A stretch of 64,000 nt of DNA. Origin: Histomonas meleagridis 2922-C6/04-290x (taxonomy: Eukaryota; Protista; Parabasalia). Under the pieces are notes generated by a model. The model was not told the DNA's origin, made no database searches, and worked only from the letters and a program-made list of their open reading frames with translations. Made by a program: the position numbers and the translations under genes. Numbering within the stretch: the stretch's first letter is position 1; every line of letters begins with the position of its first letter. The stretch spans positions 248,001 to 312,000 of the forward strand of contig JAANOX010000083.1 of NCBI GenBank assembly GCA_020184695.1, given 5' to 3'. Shown here piece by piece: positions 31,634 to 42,407 of the stretch.

Positions 31634-32567
31634 TTACATAAGTTTCATTTTTAAGTTGTTCAATCAATGAATTTATATTATTAATTTGTGAATTCATCTT
31701 CATAAGTAATGTTTCGCTTTCTTCTTCAAAATGTACTCGATTTGATTTCTTCTTCTTTCAGATTACTTTGATCAAGTTCCGCATATGGTAATGTAAGAAT
31801 GTCATATGAAGTTGTTAAATGTTTCGCTGTTTCTTCGTGTTCTTCAAGATATTCTGATGTCGCTTTTAAGTTCGTTTTTGAATGGTTTTTCATTTCTTCT
31901 TGTAAATACTTAATACTTTCGTTCTCTTCTCGAATGTTTTGAATAATTACTTCGTTCTCTTCTTGAATGTTTTCCTTTTCTTTGATTCTTTCATCTTTCT
32001 TTCGTTCTTGAATTTCAAGCTGTTTCTTATGTTTTTTTCAAGATTTTCAATTTCTTGTATTAGAATTTGATATTTTTTTCTTGTGAATTTTTTTATTCTT
32101 TTTAATTTTTGTTTTCATTGTTTTCGTGAAGTTTTTGATATTTTCGTTTTAATTCTTCATATTTGACTTGAATTTCTTCAAGATTAAATTCTGTATTTAC
32201 TTGTGTTGGAAGTAATTTCTTCATTTTGTTAATATCTTCTTGAAGCCATTTGGTTTTACTCCTTTCTGTTTCAAATTGTTTTTCTAATTCTTGAATAATT
32301 TGAACATTATTAATTGATTCTTTTAATTCTTCAAGTTCTTTATATTGAAGATTTGGAAATTTAATATTTATAGCTATCTCAGATTAATGATAACTCAAGT
32401 TCACTACTTTGAATAATTTGTTGAAGTTTTCCTAATTCTTTCCCTGTTTCTTCAATTTCTCGTTCAAGTTTTATAGAAATATCTTTGAGTTGTATTGCTT
32501 TATTCGAGAGATTTTTGATTTTTTTGTTCAAAAGATTTTTTAAAAAAAAGTAAATAATGACGATCAT
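31634..32567 (-). pseudogene. Frameshifted copy of the coiled-coil gene 43163..44089
   Basis: Several indels (longer A runs, TC/CT swap, 5-bp loss) relative to copy B. Confidence 0.65.
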
Positions 32568-32618
32568 TTTCGATAGAAATCATAAAATTTAAAATTCATA
32601 TTTTCTATTTATATTCAT

Positions 32619-33317
32619 ATGGGAAATATCTTTTCTTTTTTTCATTTACAAGAACCTATGTGGTTTTCATATTATGGACCTATTAATCATGCAGAAGCAT
32701 CAGAAGCTCTTGATGCAGCTATAACATCACATTTACAAGAAATTGGATCTTCAACAGCTATTCCTATTAAAAAAGAAAAAGTTGAAGATCGTGTTGTTCC
32801 AGTTGCATTAAATGAACAAGCATTTACAGAAGATGAAGAACATCGTCTTCAAGTTCATTTTGATAGTACACTTTCAGGGAATATTATTATTTATAACGAA
32901 AATTTAAGAGAAATGTCAAGTTTTAATTCAGGATTAAATCTTATTTATACGATTAAAAATGAATATTATGATATATTTTATATTCGTTTTGATTTTGAAG
33001 TTGAAGAAGGTATTAAATCACGAATTTATAAATTGATGCAAAGTAAAGAAGGACAAATTAATATTCTTGAAGATCAAATTGATCTTGATAATGTTCTTTA
33101 TAAGATATCACGAGTTTATACGGAACAAAGTGAAGAAAATGATAATTTTTCAGATGGACTTTGTTTGATATGTTGCAATGCGCCAGTTTCAGTTATAGCA
33201 TTCCCATGTCGCCATTGTTGTATGTGTCGTTCATGCAGTGAACATTTTGCGAGTATTTCTAATAAATGTCCAGTTTGTCGTTCAATTGTTCGAGAATTAA
33301 TTGATTGTAGTTCATAA
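32619..33317 (+). CDS. MGRN1/LOG2-like C3HC4 RING E3 ligase with an N-myristoylation motif
   Basis: MGN start; CLICC...IAFPCRHCCMCRSC...KCPVCR. Confidence 0.8.
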   Translation: MGNIFSFFHLQEPMWFSYYGPINHAEASEALDAAITSHLQEIGSSTAIPIKKEKVEDRVVPVALNEQAFTEDEEHRLQVHFDSTLSGNIIIYNENLREMSSFNSGLNLIYTIKNEYYDIFYIRFDFEVEEGIKSRIYKLMQSKEGQINILEDQIDLDNVLYKISRVYTEQSEENDNFSDGLCLICCNAPVSVIAFPCRHCCMCRSCSEHFASISNKCPVCRSIVRELIDCSS

Positions 33318-33881
33318 ATATTGTTAAATAATAAATTTTAATGTCATTTTAATTATTTCCTCATATTTAAATCAATTCTAAAATTTACAAAAAAAAATTT
33401 TAAATATTTAACATAAATAATTTTTTAACATACCAAAAGTATATTTATGAAGTTGCATCAGTTTTGTGCATTTACTTTTTTTTAAACTATTGTGTCTTTT
33501 CAGCAATTAACTAAAAGAAATGCTTTTATACTATTAAATTTTTCTCAAAGAATAATTATGTATTGAAAGAAATGTTTTTAATTTTTAATAAATGAATTTC
33601 ATTTGAAATGATTATGAATATTGATAACGAATTGAAATTATTTATATGTAAAGCAATGATTAACATATGGTCAAGACTACAATGAAGCAAAATAATATTC
33701 AAAACATCTATCAGAAACAATGTTTGATTTCCGAAAATGATGTATTTTATTATAAATCGTTCTGAACTGTATTCTTCATTAAAAATTCAATCAAAATTAT
33801 TATGTTTTATACAAGAAAAATAATAAAAAAATTATTTTTACGATAGTTTTTACTAATAAAATTTAGAAGAAATGATTCAAT

Positions 33882-35192
33882 TTATTTTATATTGTAATTT
33901 ATATCAAATTTAATTTTTTCATTTTTATGCTTATATTTATTTATATCTGTTTCAAGCTTATCGATAGTTTGCTGCAGAATTTGAAGTTTTTCATGAAACA
34001 TAAAATTACCATTGTTTAAATTTTCATTTTCTTCTTGAAGAGTTTTCAATTTTTTGTAATTTATTTTATGAAGTAAATTCAGTTCTTCGATTTTAATATT
34101 TTTATTTATTTTATTTTGAAGAATTTTCTTAATTTCGTTAATTAAATAACATTTTGAAGAATTTAAATTTTTAATTCGTTGTTTAGTTAATGCAATTTGA
34201 CATTGAATTTCTTTGTTTTCTGTTAATATTTTATTGTTTTGAAATTGATATTTTTCTATTTCAGAAATTATTTCGTCAAATTTTTCATTTTTTTGTTGGA
34301 AACATTTTAATTCTTTCGTAAGTTTTGTATTCGAATCTTTTGTTCTTCCTAAAATTTCATTTGTTTTTATGTATAAATTCGTAATGTTCATAAGTTCTTC
34401 ACTTAATTCATCCGCTTCTTTTTGATATTTGTTACAATCTACACTTAACTTAATAAGTTCTCTTTCATATTCAATTGTTGGTTTTGACGTTTGTAACTTT
34501 TGTTGAAGATTTTTTATTATTTCATCGTAATCAAATTCATATTGTGTCATATGTCTATATATATCTTCTGGATTATAATATGGAAATTCTGGATTTATAA
34601 CAGAAATTGTTTCATTCATATTATTTAATAATTTGTTTTCTGTTGACTTTTCTTCTTTTTGTGTTATATCATTATAATTGGAAAAAAGAAATTCATTAAA
34701 TGGAATTTCATCAGTTGGATATTTGCTAAAAAAATAGCCATCACATATTTTCTCTTTGATCTCTTTAAAATGGGTTAATGAGTGAAGAGCTTTTTGATTT
34801 TGCACAATATTTTCCCCATTTATTGATTGAAGTTGAAAACCAAATGCAAAAAGTGACATCTCTTTTACAAACGGTCGTTGAGAAAGCGGGGTACCCCGAA
34901 TATCAACGGATTCTAATTGTTGAAGTGGTGTTGCTCCTTTAAAGGAAGTAAGTAATGTATTTTTGGCTATTAAAACAGTTAAATTGATTAAATTTTCAAT
35001 ACCAGAAAAAGAAAGAACAGGACAATTTGAAACGTCAAGAAAAGATATTGTGAAATTTGTTAAATCATAGAAACAAGAAAAATCCTTGGAAATATGATAA
35101 TTTTTGTCTCTTAATTCTGATGGTATGTCGCTTGAGTGTATTGGCTCGGTTTGTTTTTCAAGTTGCTTCTTTCTCTTCGATTTCAGTTGCAA
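33882..35192 (-). CDS. LRR plus coiled-coil protein
   Basis: LDVSNCPVLSFSGI, LESVDIRGTPL, and a long heptad C-terminus. It starts at TTG in ACAATTGCAA, possibly an ATG with one extra T. Confidence 0.7.
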   Translation of the reverse strand: MQLKSKRKKQLEKQTEPIHSSDIPSELRDKNYHISKDFSCFYDLTNFTISFLDVSNCPVLSFSGIENLINLTVLIAKNTLLTSFKGATPLQQLESVDIRGTPLSQRPFVKEMSLFAFGFQLQSINGENIVQNQKALHSLTHFKEIKEKICDGYFFSKYPTDEIPFNEFLFSNYNDITQKEEKSTENKLLNNMNETISVINPEFPYYNPEDIYRHMTQYEFDYDEIIKNLQQKLQTSKPTIEYERELIKLSVDCNKYQKEADELSEELMNITNLYIKTNEILGRTKDSNTKLTKELKCFQQKNEKFDEIISEIEKYQFQNNKILTENKEIQCQIALTKQRIKNLNSSKCYLINEIKKILQNKINKNIKIEELNLLHKINYKKLKTLQEENENLNNGNFMFHEKLQILQQTIDKLETDINKYKHKNEKIKFDINYNIK

Positions 35193-35574
35193 TTGTCAAA
35201 ACGCCAAAAGTGCGCCAAAAATGAAACTTTTGTATCTTGATACATAATGATTTTTATTAATTATTGATCATTTGATTAAACACGCGTAAAATAATATCCT
35301 TATTTAAGTAAAAATTATGCGTTTAAGTTTCCCATTTATTAATCATTTTTTTCCATTTCAAACAATATTTAATTTACAGTAAAATACAAACCAAGTTCGA
35401 TACAATTTGGATTAATTTTCATAAAAATAGATTTTATTGGGAATAAAAAGTCTGTTTGTTGCTTTTGATATTTTTCATTACTTTACTTTATCTGTGGTAT
35501 GATTTGTATACCGTTTATTGACACCGTTTAGGGATTAACGTAATTTAAATTTACCACATTATTTCCAAACTAAA

Positions 35575-35835
35575 ATGGCGGAACTTTTTACCAGATTACT
35601 AATGACAAATAAGTACTTTTGATTTCTAACAAACAGGAAAGCTTTAATCGGGGCTGCAACAATTACAGTTGGTCTTTGGACCTTTAATAAGTATGCTGAT
35701 CACAAACTTATGAAGCAAGAGGAAAAAGAGGAGAGGGAAGAAAAGGAACGAATCAAAATGCTGAAGGAAAAATTACCAGAATCTACACTTCGAAAATACG
35801 GACTAACCAAACAAGGATCAATTCTAATACAATGA
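35575..35835 (+). CDS. 78-aa single-pass membrane microprotein with a spliceosomal intron (not in the ORF track)
   Basis: After removing 35613-35636: MAELFTRLLMTNKKALIGAATITVGLWTFNKYADHKLMKQEEKEEREEKERIKMLKEKLPESTLRKYGLTKQGSILIQ. Unspliced, the frame stops at TGA inside the intron. M3-like TACCGTTT lies upstream. Confidence 0.85.
35613..35636 (+). other. 24-nt type-B trichomonad spliceosomal intron
   Basis: GTACTTTTGATTTCTAACAAACAG fits the T. vaginalis short-intron consensus GTWYD-N7-TCTAAC-H-AACAG. Confidence 0.9.
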
Positions 35836-36002
35836 AAGGCAATTCCACGGAATAGATACTCAACAATCTGATACATTCTAAAAATTAATCTACTATCAAT
35901 TTAGCTTTTAAGATCATACCAAAAAAACAAAAAATTTATCAATGATTTTTGCTCATTTCTATTAAAATATATATATAGTTTTGTGTTTAGTTAACTTGAG
36001 TG

Positions 36003-36236
36003 TCACTGTTCGCGTTTGAGTTGTGCTCTCTTTTTCTTCATTTTGATTTTTTCTGCATCTTTTCCAGTTCTTATGAAAAGCCAAACTCCAATAATGATGT
36101 GAGCAAGTATTAAAATTAATATGGCAATACCTTGTTTGTAACTTAATCCAAGAGATTCAAAAAATTCTTCCAAGAACATTTTCTGGTGTTGATCGTATCT
36201 GGCCAAATAATCCGATTGGGTTTTAACGGCCTTCAT
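36003..36236 (-). CDS. 77-aa single-TM protein with a basic C-tail
   Basis: ATG start, hydrophobic GIAILILILAHIIIGVWLFI, Lys/Arg-rich tail. Confidence 0.7.
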   Translation of the reverse strand: MKAVKTQSDYLARYDQHQKMFLEEFFESLGLSYKQGIAILILILAHIIIGVWLFIRTGKDAEKIKMKKKRAQLKREQ

Positions 36237-36393
36237 GTTTATGGGGTGCCTTTTGATGCACGGTTACACTCGAAGTTTCTATCGTTTTTTCATTAAACTT
36301 TTTCAATATCATTTGATCGTTTCAGCTCAATGCAGATGAAAATTCTCTTTTGTTTACTCTTATACCTAGACTTAAAATGTCAAAATAAAATGT

Positions 36394-37365
36394 TTATTCC
36401 TTTGAAAACAGAGGTGAAAGTAAGTTAGAGAATTTCCTTACTGATTCTGATCCTTTCACCTCGGATTCAAGCATTGGTATTTCAACAATCTTAAATTCCT
36501 CACCATATAAATCGCGAATATCCTTCAAATACTTTTGTTGCATTTCGCTTCTCTTTGAGCAAAACGGACAATTCTTAGTTTTTTCGCCATCAATTACCTG
36601 ATTAATAACCATGAGGTGGGTATCTATCTTCTTATCAACAAGAAACTCTATAAGACGTTCAGTTTCATAGAGTGGAAGAAATTCTGGTAATAATACACAT
36701 ACAAATGTACATTCCAATTGATTGGCAAGTCGTGCGGCTGCATTCTTAAGAAGATTTTGAAATCTTTCGGTTTTGGGAATGAAGTCATCTGACTGATCGC
36801 CAAGGAATTGTGAAAAAGTATTCATGATATTTGGACTAAATATTCCTAAACCACCAATGATTGATTGTGCATTTTGAGGGAGTTGAAGAAGACGCATGGT
36901 GTGTCCTGTTGGAGCTGTATCAAAAACGACAATGTCAAATTCATCTTTCTCAATTGAATCAAATAAAGAAGAAAGAACTTGCATCTCATCAACACCTGGC
37001 ATAGCCATTAATGATTCAAGACCGCTTGAAGCACTTTTTTCAGGTATTTCTGGTGATTCCATTGCCCATAAATTTGGATATCCATTAACAAGTTGAGGTT
37101 CATATGTAAAATGTTGCTGAAATGTATCTCCGATGTTACTTGCTGGGTCAGTGCTCACCAATAAAACCCTTTTACGATAGTGAGTAAGAGCAGATGCTAT
37201 GGCACATGATGTTGTAGTCTTTCCTACACCACCTTTTCCACCAACAAAGATCCATTTGTAGGATGGAGTATTGAGAAGTGGTAACTGGTCGACTCCGGCT
37301 TCCATTGTAGAAAAAGGGTAAAATTTACCCATTTGAATCGTGACATTTTTTGAATGTGTAGGCAA
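36394..37365 (-). CDS. GET3: Get3/TRC40 (ArsA-family) ATPase
   Basis: GGKGGVGKTT, STDPA, DTAPTGHTMRLL, LPEFLPLYETER, CPFC. The true start may be ATG 37305 (MEAGVDQ), which follows a CCTTT M5-like motif. Confidence 0.95.
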   Translation of the reverse strand: MPTHSKNVTIQMGKFYPFSTMEAGVDQLPLLNTPSYKWIFVGGKGGVGKTTTSCAIASALTHYRKRVLLVSTDPASNIGDTFQQHFTYEPQLVNGYPNLWAMESPEIPEKSASSGLESLMAMPGVDEMQVLSSLFDSIEKDEFDIVVFDTAPTGHTMRLLQLPQNAQSIIGGLGIFSPNIMNTFSQFLGDQSDDFIPKTERFQNLLKNAAARLANQLECTFVCVLLPEFLPLYETERLIEFLVDKKIDTHLMVINQVIDGEKTKNCPFCSKRSEMQQKYLKDIRDLYGEEFKIVEIPMLESEVKGSESVRKFSNLLSPLFSKE

Positions 37366-37429
37366 ACAAAGCTAGTGAATTTTTTAAACGGTTTATGTCT
37401 GGAGATAAACGTTCAAATAGTTGTATGAA

Positions 37430-38599
37430 ATGATTAACCAAAGACAAATTACTCCACAAGCACTAAAACAAAGGAAAGAAGTATTTAGGCGAGGTATTCT
37501 TATGAATGCAATTAATGGAACCATTATTTTCACAGTTTTTTTTGTTTTCTTAGGAATATTTTCAAATCTCAATCTTTATTATCAATATAAAAACGTACCA
37601 GAAAATGTGTTTCTTTCTCGAACTTTTTACAATTTTCCCGAATCTGTTGATCCTAAAATAGAATTTCCAAATGATCCGACATATTTTCAAAAGTATCAAT
37701 TTTATCCACTTTATTTATCCTTTTTCAATCTTTTAGCAGGAGGTAATTCATGGTTTTCATTACCTTTGGCTTCATTATTTCAGTGTATATTAGTATCAGT
37801 TTCATTTTATTTTATGCTTGTAAAAACACAAATTGTAAATAGTCCACTACGTTCATCTTTTGTACTCAGTTTATATCCCATTTCGTTTATATTACATCGT
37901 AATTTATGTATTCCAAGTTCATTAAGTTTTTCATTTATTAACTTTTCATTTGCGTTTTATTTCGATGAAAGTTATATTCTCTGTGGTATTTTTTGTATTC
38001 TTTCCTCCATTACATCTTTTGAAGGATTTATTGCGCCGATTACATTTGTTTTATGTTTAATATTCTCAAAAAAATATAACGAAGCGACGATAATTTTAAT
38101 TTTATCATTTTTATCATTTTTAATCATATTTATTCATAACTTATACTTCTTCCATAATGGCTTTGCTTTATTAGATTATCTTAAATCAATATTTTCGCCA
38201 AGGCCATTTTTGTTTTTCCCGGATATTGCTAAGGATCATCCGATTTCGTTCATCCTTAACACTGTTATTGCGTTTTTAACACTTTCTATACTTGGAACAG
38301 TTCGACTTTTATCTGTTTCGATTCCTCATTTTATATTTTGTATGTTCTCTTTCTTAATGGTAATGTTCTTTAATACCGTCGACATAGAAAATTATGGTCA
38401 TTCATGGTCCGCCTTTGCTGTAATCATTGGATTCGATAATGTTTTTCGTCTTTTATTGCCATCAATGCCAAGCATAAAAATTCTTTTGGTAATAGAAATT
38501 TGTATTCTGTTCTTTGCTTCTTTCTCTCTTCAAATAAAGTCTTCAAGCTCACTTTTAACACAGTATTGTATGAATATTAAGTACCCATTCGAAGAGTAA
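37430..38599 (+). CDS. Multi-pass membrane protein, GT-C (PIG-V/PMT-like) fold candidate
   Basis: About 10 hydrophobic segments; FYPLY loop and LSLYPISF...CGIFCILSSITSFEGF resemble PIG-V-type spacing. Confidence 0.45.
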   Translation: MINQRQITPQALKQRKEVFRRGILMNAINGTIIFTVFFVFLGIFSNLNLYYQYKNVPENVFLSRTFYNFPESVDPKIEFPNDPTYFQKYQFYPLYLSFFNLLAGGNSWFSLPLASLFQCILVSVSFYFMLVKTQIVNSPLRSSFVLSLYPISFILHRNLCIPSSLSFSFINFSFAFYFDESYILCGIFCILSSITSFEGFIAPITFVLCLIFSKKYNEATIILILSFLSFLIIFIHNLYFFHNGFALLDYLKSIFSPRPFLFFPDIAKDHPISFILNTVIAFLTLSILGTVRLLSVSIPHFIFCMFSFLMVMFFNTVDIENYGHSWSAFAVIIGFDNVFRLLLPSMPSIKILLVIEICILFFASFSLQIKSSSSLLTQYCMNIKYPFEE

Positions 38600-38705
38600 A
38601 AATATTTTTTGTTCTTTAAAAAAAATTAGAAAAATTATTTTGTTCTTTTTAAATAAACAATTGAATTCTTTGTAGTCGGAGACCGTTAAACATTTGATGT
38701 CTTTT

Positions 38706-41700
38706 TTACTTCTGTGACTTTTTGGTGCTTTTCGCCCTTTTTTGGTTTCGCGCTTTTGTTGTTTTTCGTTCTTCGGTAGCTTCTTCTTTCTCTGTCGTTT
38801 GTTTTGTGTTTTCTTTAGTTTGTGCTTTTTTTGTTCTCGAACTTCGAGTTTTAGTTTCATTTTGTGGTGTTTTTTGTTCTTCTTTTTCTTCACTTTGAAC
38901 TTTTCTTGTTCTTGAATTTTTGGGTTTAACTTGTTTTTGTTGCACTTCTTCATTTTGTTCTTCATTTTCTTCAGTTTGAACTTTTCTTGTTCTTGAGTTT
39001 CTCGCTTTTGTTTCCTTTTGTGGTTTCTGTTGTTCCTCATTTTCTTCATTTTGCACTTTTCTTGAATTTCGCTTTTTAACTTCTTTTTGCTCAACTTCTT
39101 CATCATTTTGTTCAATATTTTCTTCGTTTTGTGCTTTTCTTATTTTCGAATTTCGTGCTTTCGTATGTTTTGGTTCGATATTTCCCTCATTTTCTGTCCT
39201 TTTCTCTTCTTTTTCTTCGTTTGGCACTTTCTTTTTTGAGCTTCTCGTTTGAATATGCGCATTTCTTTTTATAATATTTATACCATTTGGATTCGAATAC
39301 TGAACCAGTTTTACAGAATTCAAACGAGTATCTGGTGCAATATCCGGCTGAGACAACAAATTATATGTTAATAGATTTGGCGTTTGCATGTTTAAGTTTT
39401 GAAGTTGTACCATATTAATAATATTTTGCGCAAGTTTTTTTTGTTCATTTTTCACGTTATTTGTTTTTATATTTTCATTTGGATTATTTTCTTCTGTTTT
39501 ATTTGCGTTATTAATTTGTTGTTGTTGTTGCTGCTGCTGTTGTTGTTGATGCATTTGCACTTGCACGTTTTGCGTTGAGTTCATCAAATGTTTGGCACTC
39601 GGCTGAGCGCCATAATGTACATCATCTGTTATCAATATTTCGTTTTCATTTATGTTTATGTATGGTACACGAACCTTAATTTGCCGGACTTCTTTACTAT
39701 AATCTGGTGTAGGACTCGTTGTATTCTTTGGTGATCCATTTTGTGATGAGCCAACATGTAACTTAAGGATTTTGATTTCTTTTTCTGGTGTTTCGATTTG
39801 AAACTGAAAAAAATTGTTTTCCTTTTGTGGTGAATTTTGTTTCTGTGTATTATTTGGTTGTTGTTGTGGAACATCATTTTGTTGTTGCTGCAAACTGTTT
39901 TGTTGCTGTGAAACATTGATTTGCTGTTGTTGTGAAACATCATTTTGCTGTTGCATAATTTGCTGTTGTTGTAAACTGATTTGTTGTTGTGGAACATTAT
40001 TTTGCTGTTGCATAATTTGTTGTTTCTGTTGGGGAATAATTTGCTGTTGTTGTAGAACATTATTTTGTTGTTGCATAATTTGTTGTTGTTGTAAACTGAT
40101 TTGTTGCGGTGGAATATTAATTTGTTGTTGTTGTGGAACATTATTTTGCTGTTGCATAATTTGCTGTTGTTGTGAAACATCATTTTGCTGTTGTTGTAAA
40201 CTGATTTGTTGTTGTGGAACATTATTTTGCTGTTGCATAATTTGTTGTTTCTGTTGGGGATTAATTTGTTGCTGTTGTGAAACATTATTTTGTTGTTGCA
40301 TAATTTGCTGCTGTTGTAAACTGATTTGTTGTAGTGGAACATAAATTTGTTGTTGCATAATTTTCTGCTGTTGTAAGATGATTTGTTGTTGTGGAAAATT
40401 AATTTGCTGCAGCATAATTTGCTGCTGTTGTGGAACATTATTTTGTTGCTGCATAATTTTCTGTTGTTGTAAACTGATTTGTTGTAGTGGAACATAAATT
40501 TGCTGCTGTTGTGGAACATTATTTTGTTTCTGCATAATTTGCTGCTGTTGTAAGATGATTTGTTGTGGTGGAACATTAATTTGTTGATGTAAAATATTCG
40601 TTTGTTGTTGCATAATTTGCTGTTGCTGTGGAACACTGAAATTTTGTTGCAGTGCATTGATTTGCCGTAAAATATTTCTTTGTTGTTCCGGCAAAAGGTT
40701 AACATGCTGTTGCCGAAAAGCATTAGCTTGGATTGGCTGCATAATTAGTTGCTGATTCATAATTTTTTGCTTCCGCTTATTAACTTTAGGTTTTTGAATT
40801 TGTTGTTGTGGTAATGCAGTTTGATTTTGCTGAATAATTTGTTGCTGTGGTAATGCAGTTTGATTTTGCTGAATAATTTGTTGCTGTGGTAATGCACTTT
40901 GATTTTGCTGAATAATTTGTTGCTGTGGTAATGCACTTTGATTTTGCTGAAGAATTGTTTGTTGTGGTAATGCAGTTTGATTTTGTTGTGAAGATTCGTT
41001 TGCAAATGCTCTAATATAAAGTTCAGATTTTTTAATGTTTTCTACAATTTCTACATCAGCTTCACTTATAATTTTCATTGCTACATTAAAGAGTTCTATT
41101 GTTTTAAACCCACAGTACATATGAACACCGTTAACAACATAATTTAAAAGTTCTTGAATAAGTGAAAAAACATGTGATTTTGTTGATTCAAACATGTAAC
41201 ATCTAATTAGTTGATCAAAAGATTTCAGGAAATTTTCTTGATCATGAAAAAGAAGGGAATTTGCAAAATTGTTTTCAACATCAGCTATCGTTTCGGTTTC
41301 GAACTTTTTATTGAAAATATTTGGAACTTTTTGTGAGCACGATACCCACCCGCATCGTGTTTGTGAATAACGAATGGAAAAATCATTTGTTTCTATAATT
41401 GGTGATATCGATTGATTGGAAATTTCATTGGTCAATTTGATGTTTTTAACATGTGGAAGTTCCCCAAAATATTGTGCAATAAGAATTGAATTAACTTGGT
41501 TTGGAGGAATGATTCGCCAGATAAAAAGTCTGTTAGAATGAGTAAGACAAATAATAAGCTCATTGAATGTATTAAAATATTTGATCCCTTCATCTATTAA
41601 TAATGGAGGAAGACAACAACATCCAAAATTACTATCAACAAAATGAATAGTATCATCTGAAAGAGCAACTACAATTAAATCTTTGCATTCAGAAATGAAA

Positions 41701-42068
41701 AGACCAGTTGATGAAAAAAATGTTGGAATGTACCAAACCATCTTGTTGTCTTTAATCTTAAATAAAACTGATGTGTACCCATTGTTTTTTAATTGATACC
41801 AAGTTGTTGTATCTGTTTTGCATTTGCATATAATTGAAGGAGGAGCAATCAAATGAAAATCTTGTTTTTTATCTTCTATAAATTGAAGCTCTATTCCCAT
41901 AGTTTTTTGTGACTTAATCCATGGTGATGTTAAAACAGGACTAATCATGGAAGTATTATTGTTCCCAATTTCTTGTATGTCCATAATTTCTTGTGTTGTG
42001 AGTTTGCATTCTTCTAGAATTTTATATTGAGTTTCATCTTGCAATTTTTCTGTGGAGGATTCTTGCAT
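38706..42068 (-). CDS. HIRA C-terminal-domain-like protein with a long Q-rich repeat and charged tail; no N-terminal WD40
   Basis: VVALSDDTIHFV...CLPPLLID...LIICLTHSNRLFIW and TIADVENNFANSLLF resemble the HIRA/Hir C-terminal domain. Confidence 0.55.
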   Translation of the reverse strand: MQESSTEKLQDETQYKILEECKLTTQEIMDIQEIGNNNTSMISPVLTSPWIKSQKTMGIELQFIEDKKQDFHLIAPPSIICKCKTDTTTWYQLKNNGYTSVLFKIKDNKMVWYIPTFFSSTGLFISECKDLIVVALSDDTIHFVDSNFGCCCLPPLLIDEGIKYFNTFNELIICLTHSNRLFIWRIIPPNQVNSILIAQYFGELPHVKNIKLTNEISNQSISPIIETNDFSIRYSQTRCGWVSCSQKVPNIFNKKFETETIADVENNFANSLLFHDQENFLKSFDQLIRCYMFESTKSHVFSLIQELLNYVVNGVHMYCGFKTIELFNVAMKIISEADVEIVENIKKSELYIRAFANESSQQNQTALPQQTILQQNQSALPQQQIIQQNQSALPQQQIIQQNQTALPQQQIIQQNQTALPQQQIQKPKVNKRKQKIMNQQLIMQPIQANAFRQQHVNLLPEQQRNILRQINALQQNFSVPQQQQIMQQQTNILHQQINVPPQQIILQQQQIMQKQNNVPQQQQIYVPLQQISLQQQKIMQQQNNVPQQQQIMLQQINFPQQQIILQQQKIMQQQIYVPLQQISLQQQQIMQQQNNVSQQQQINPQQKQQIMQQQNNVPQQQISLQQQQNDVSQQQQIMQQQNNVPQQQQINIPPQQISLQQQQIMQQQNNVLQQQQIIPQQKQQIMQQQNNVPQQQISLQQQQIMQQQNDVSQQQQINVSQQQNSLQQQQNDVPQQQPNNTQKQNSPQKENNFFQFQIETPEKEIKILKLHVGSSQNGSPKNTTSPTPDYSKEVRQIKVRVPYININENEILITDDVHYGAQPSAKHLMNSTQNVQVQMHQQQQQQQQQQQINNANKTEENNPNENIKTNNVKNEQKKLAQNIINMVQLQNLNMQTPNLLTYNLLSQPDIAPDTRLNSVKLVQYSNPNGINIIKRNAHIQTRSSKKKVPNEEKEEKRTENEGNIEPKHTKARNSKIRKAQNEENIEQNDEEVEQKEVKKRNSRKVQNEENEEQQKPQKETKARNSRTRKVQTEENEEQNEEVQQKQVKPKNSRTRKVQSEEKEEQKTPQNETKTRSSRTKKAQTKENTKQTTEKEEATEERKTTKARNQKRAKSTKKSQK
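39860..40990 (-). repeat. Coding Q-rich tandem repeats, including 5 x 39-bp units at 40801-40988
   Basis: GTGGTAATGC recurs at 40808, 40847, 40886, 40925 and 40964; shuffled QQQIMQQQNNVP modules follow. Confidence 0.9.
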
Positions 42069-42407
42069 TTGCTTCTCCTTGAGAAATGGTTGTAAAATAT
42101 AAACATTTCAATATTGAATGAAAATTAAACGATAACAAAGCAATGCAAAGATCCAATCCCAATTTATATTAAACATCAAAAATATTAAGTTTTATATCTT
42201 CATAACAGCAGAAAGAAATTTGCTGAAAAGACACAATAGTTTAAAAAAAGTAAATGCACAAAACTGATGCAACTTCATAAATATACTTTTGGTATGTTAA
42301 AAAATTATTTATGTTAAATATTTAAAATTTTTTTTTGTAAATTTTAGAATTGATTTAAATATGAGGAAATAATTAAAATGACATTAAAATTTATTATTTA
42401 ACAATAT

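Larger units (their letters stand above)
30266..33506 (+). repeat. Copy A of a 3.2-kb inverted segmental duplication
   Basis: Reverse complement of 42220-45316, with shared breakpoints readable in the sequence. Confidence 0.95.

Noticed and set aside
39656-40723. Cys-rich ORF 39814..40344 and N/K-rich ORF 39656..40723
   Set aside because: Antisense or alternate-frame shadows of the CAA/CAG-rich polyQ repeat.
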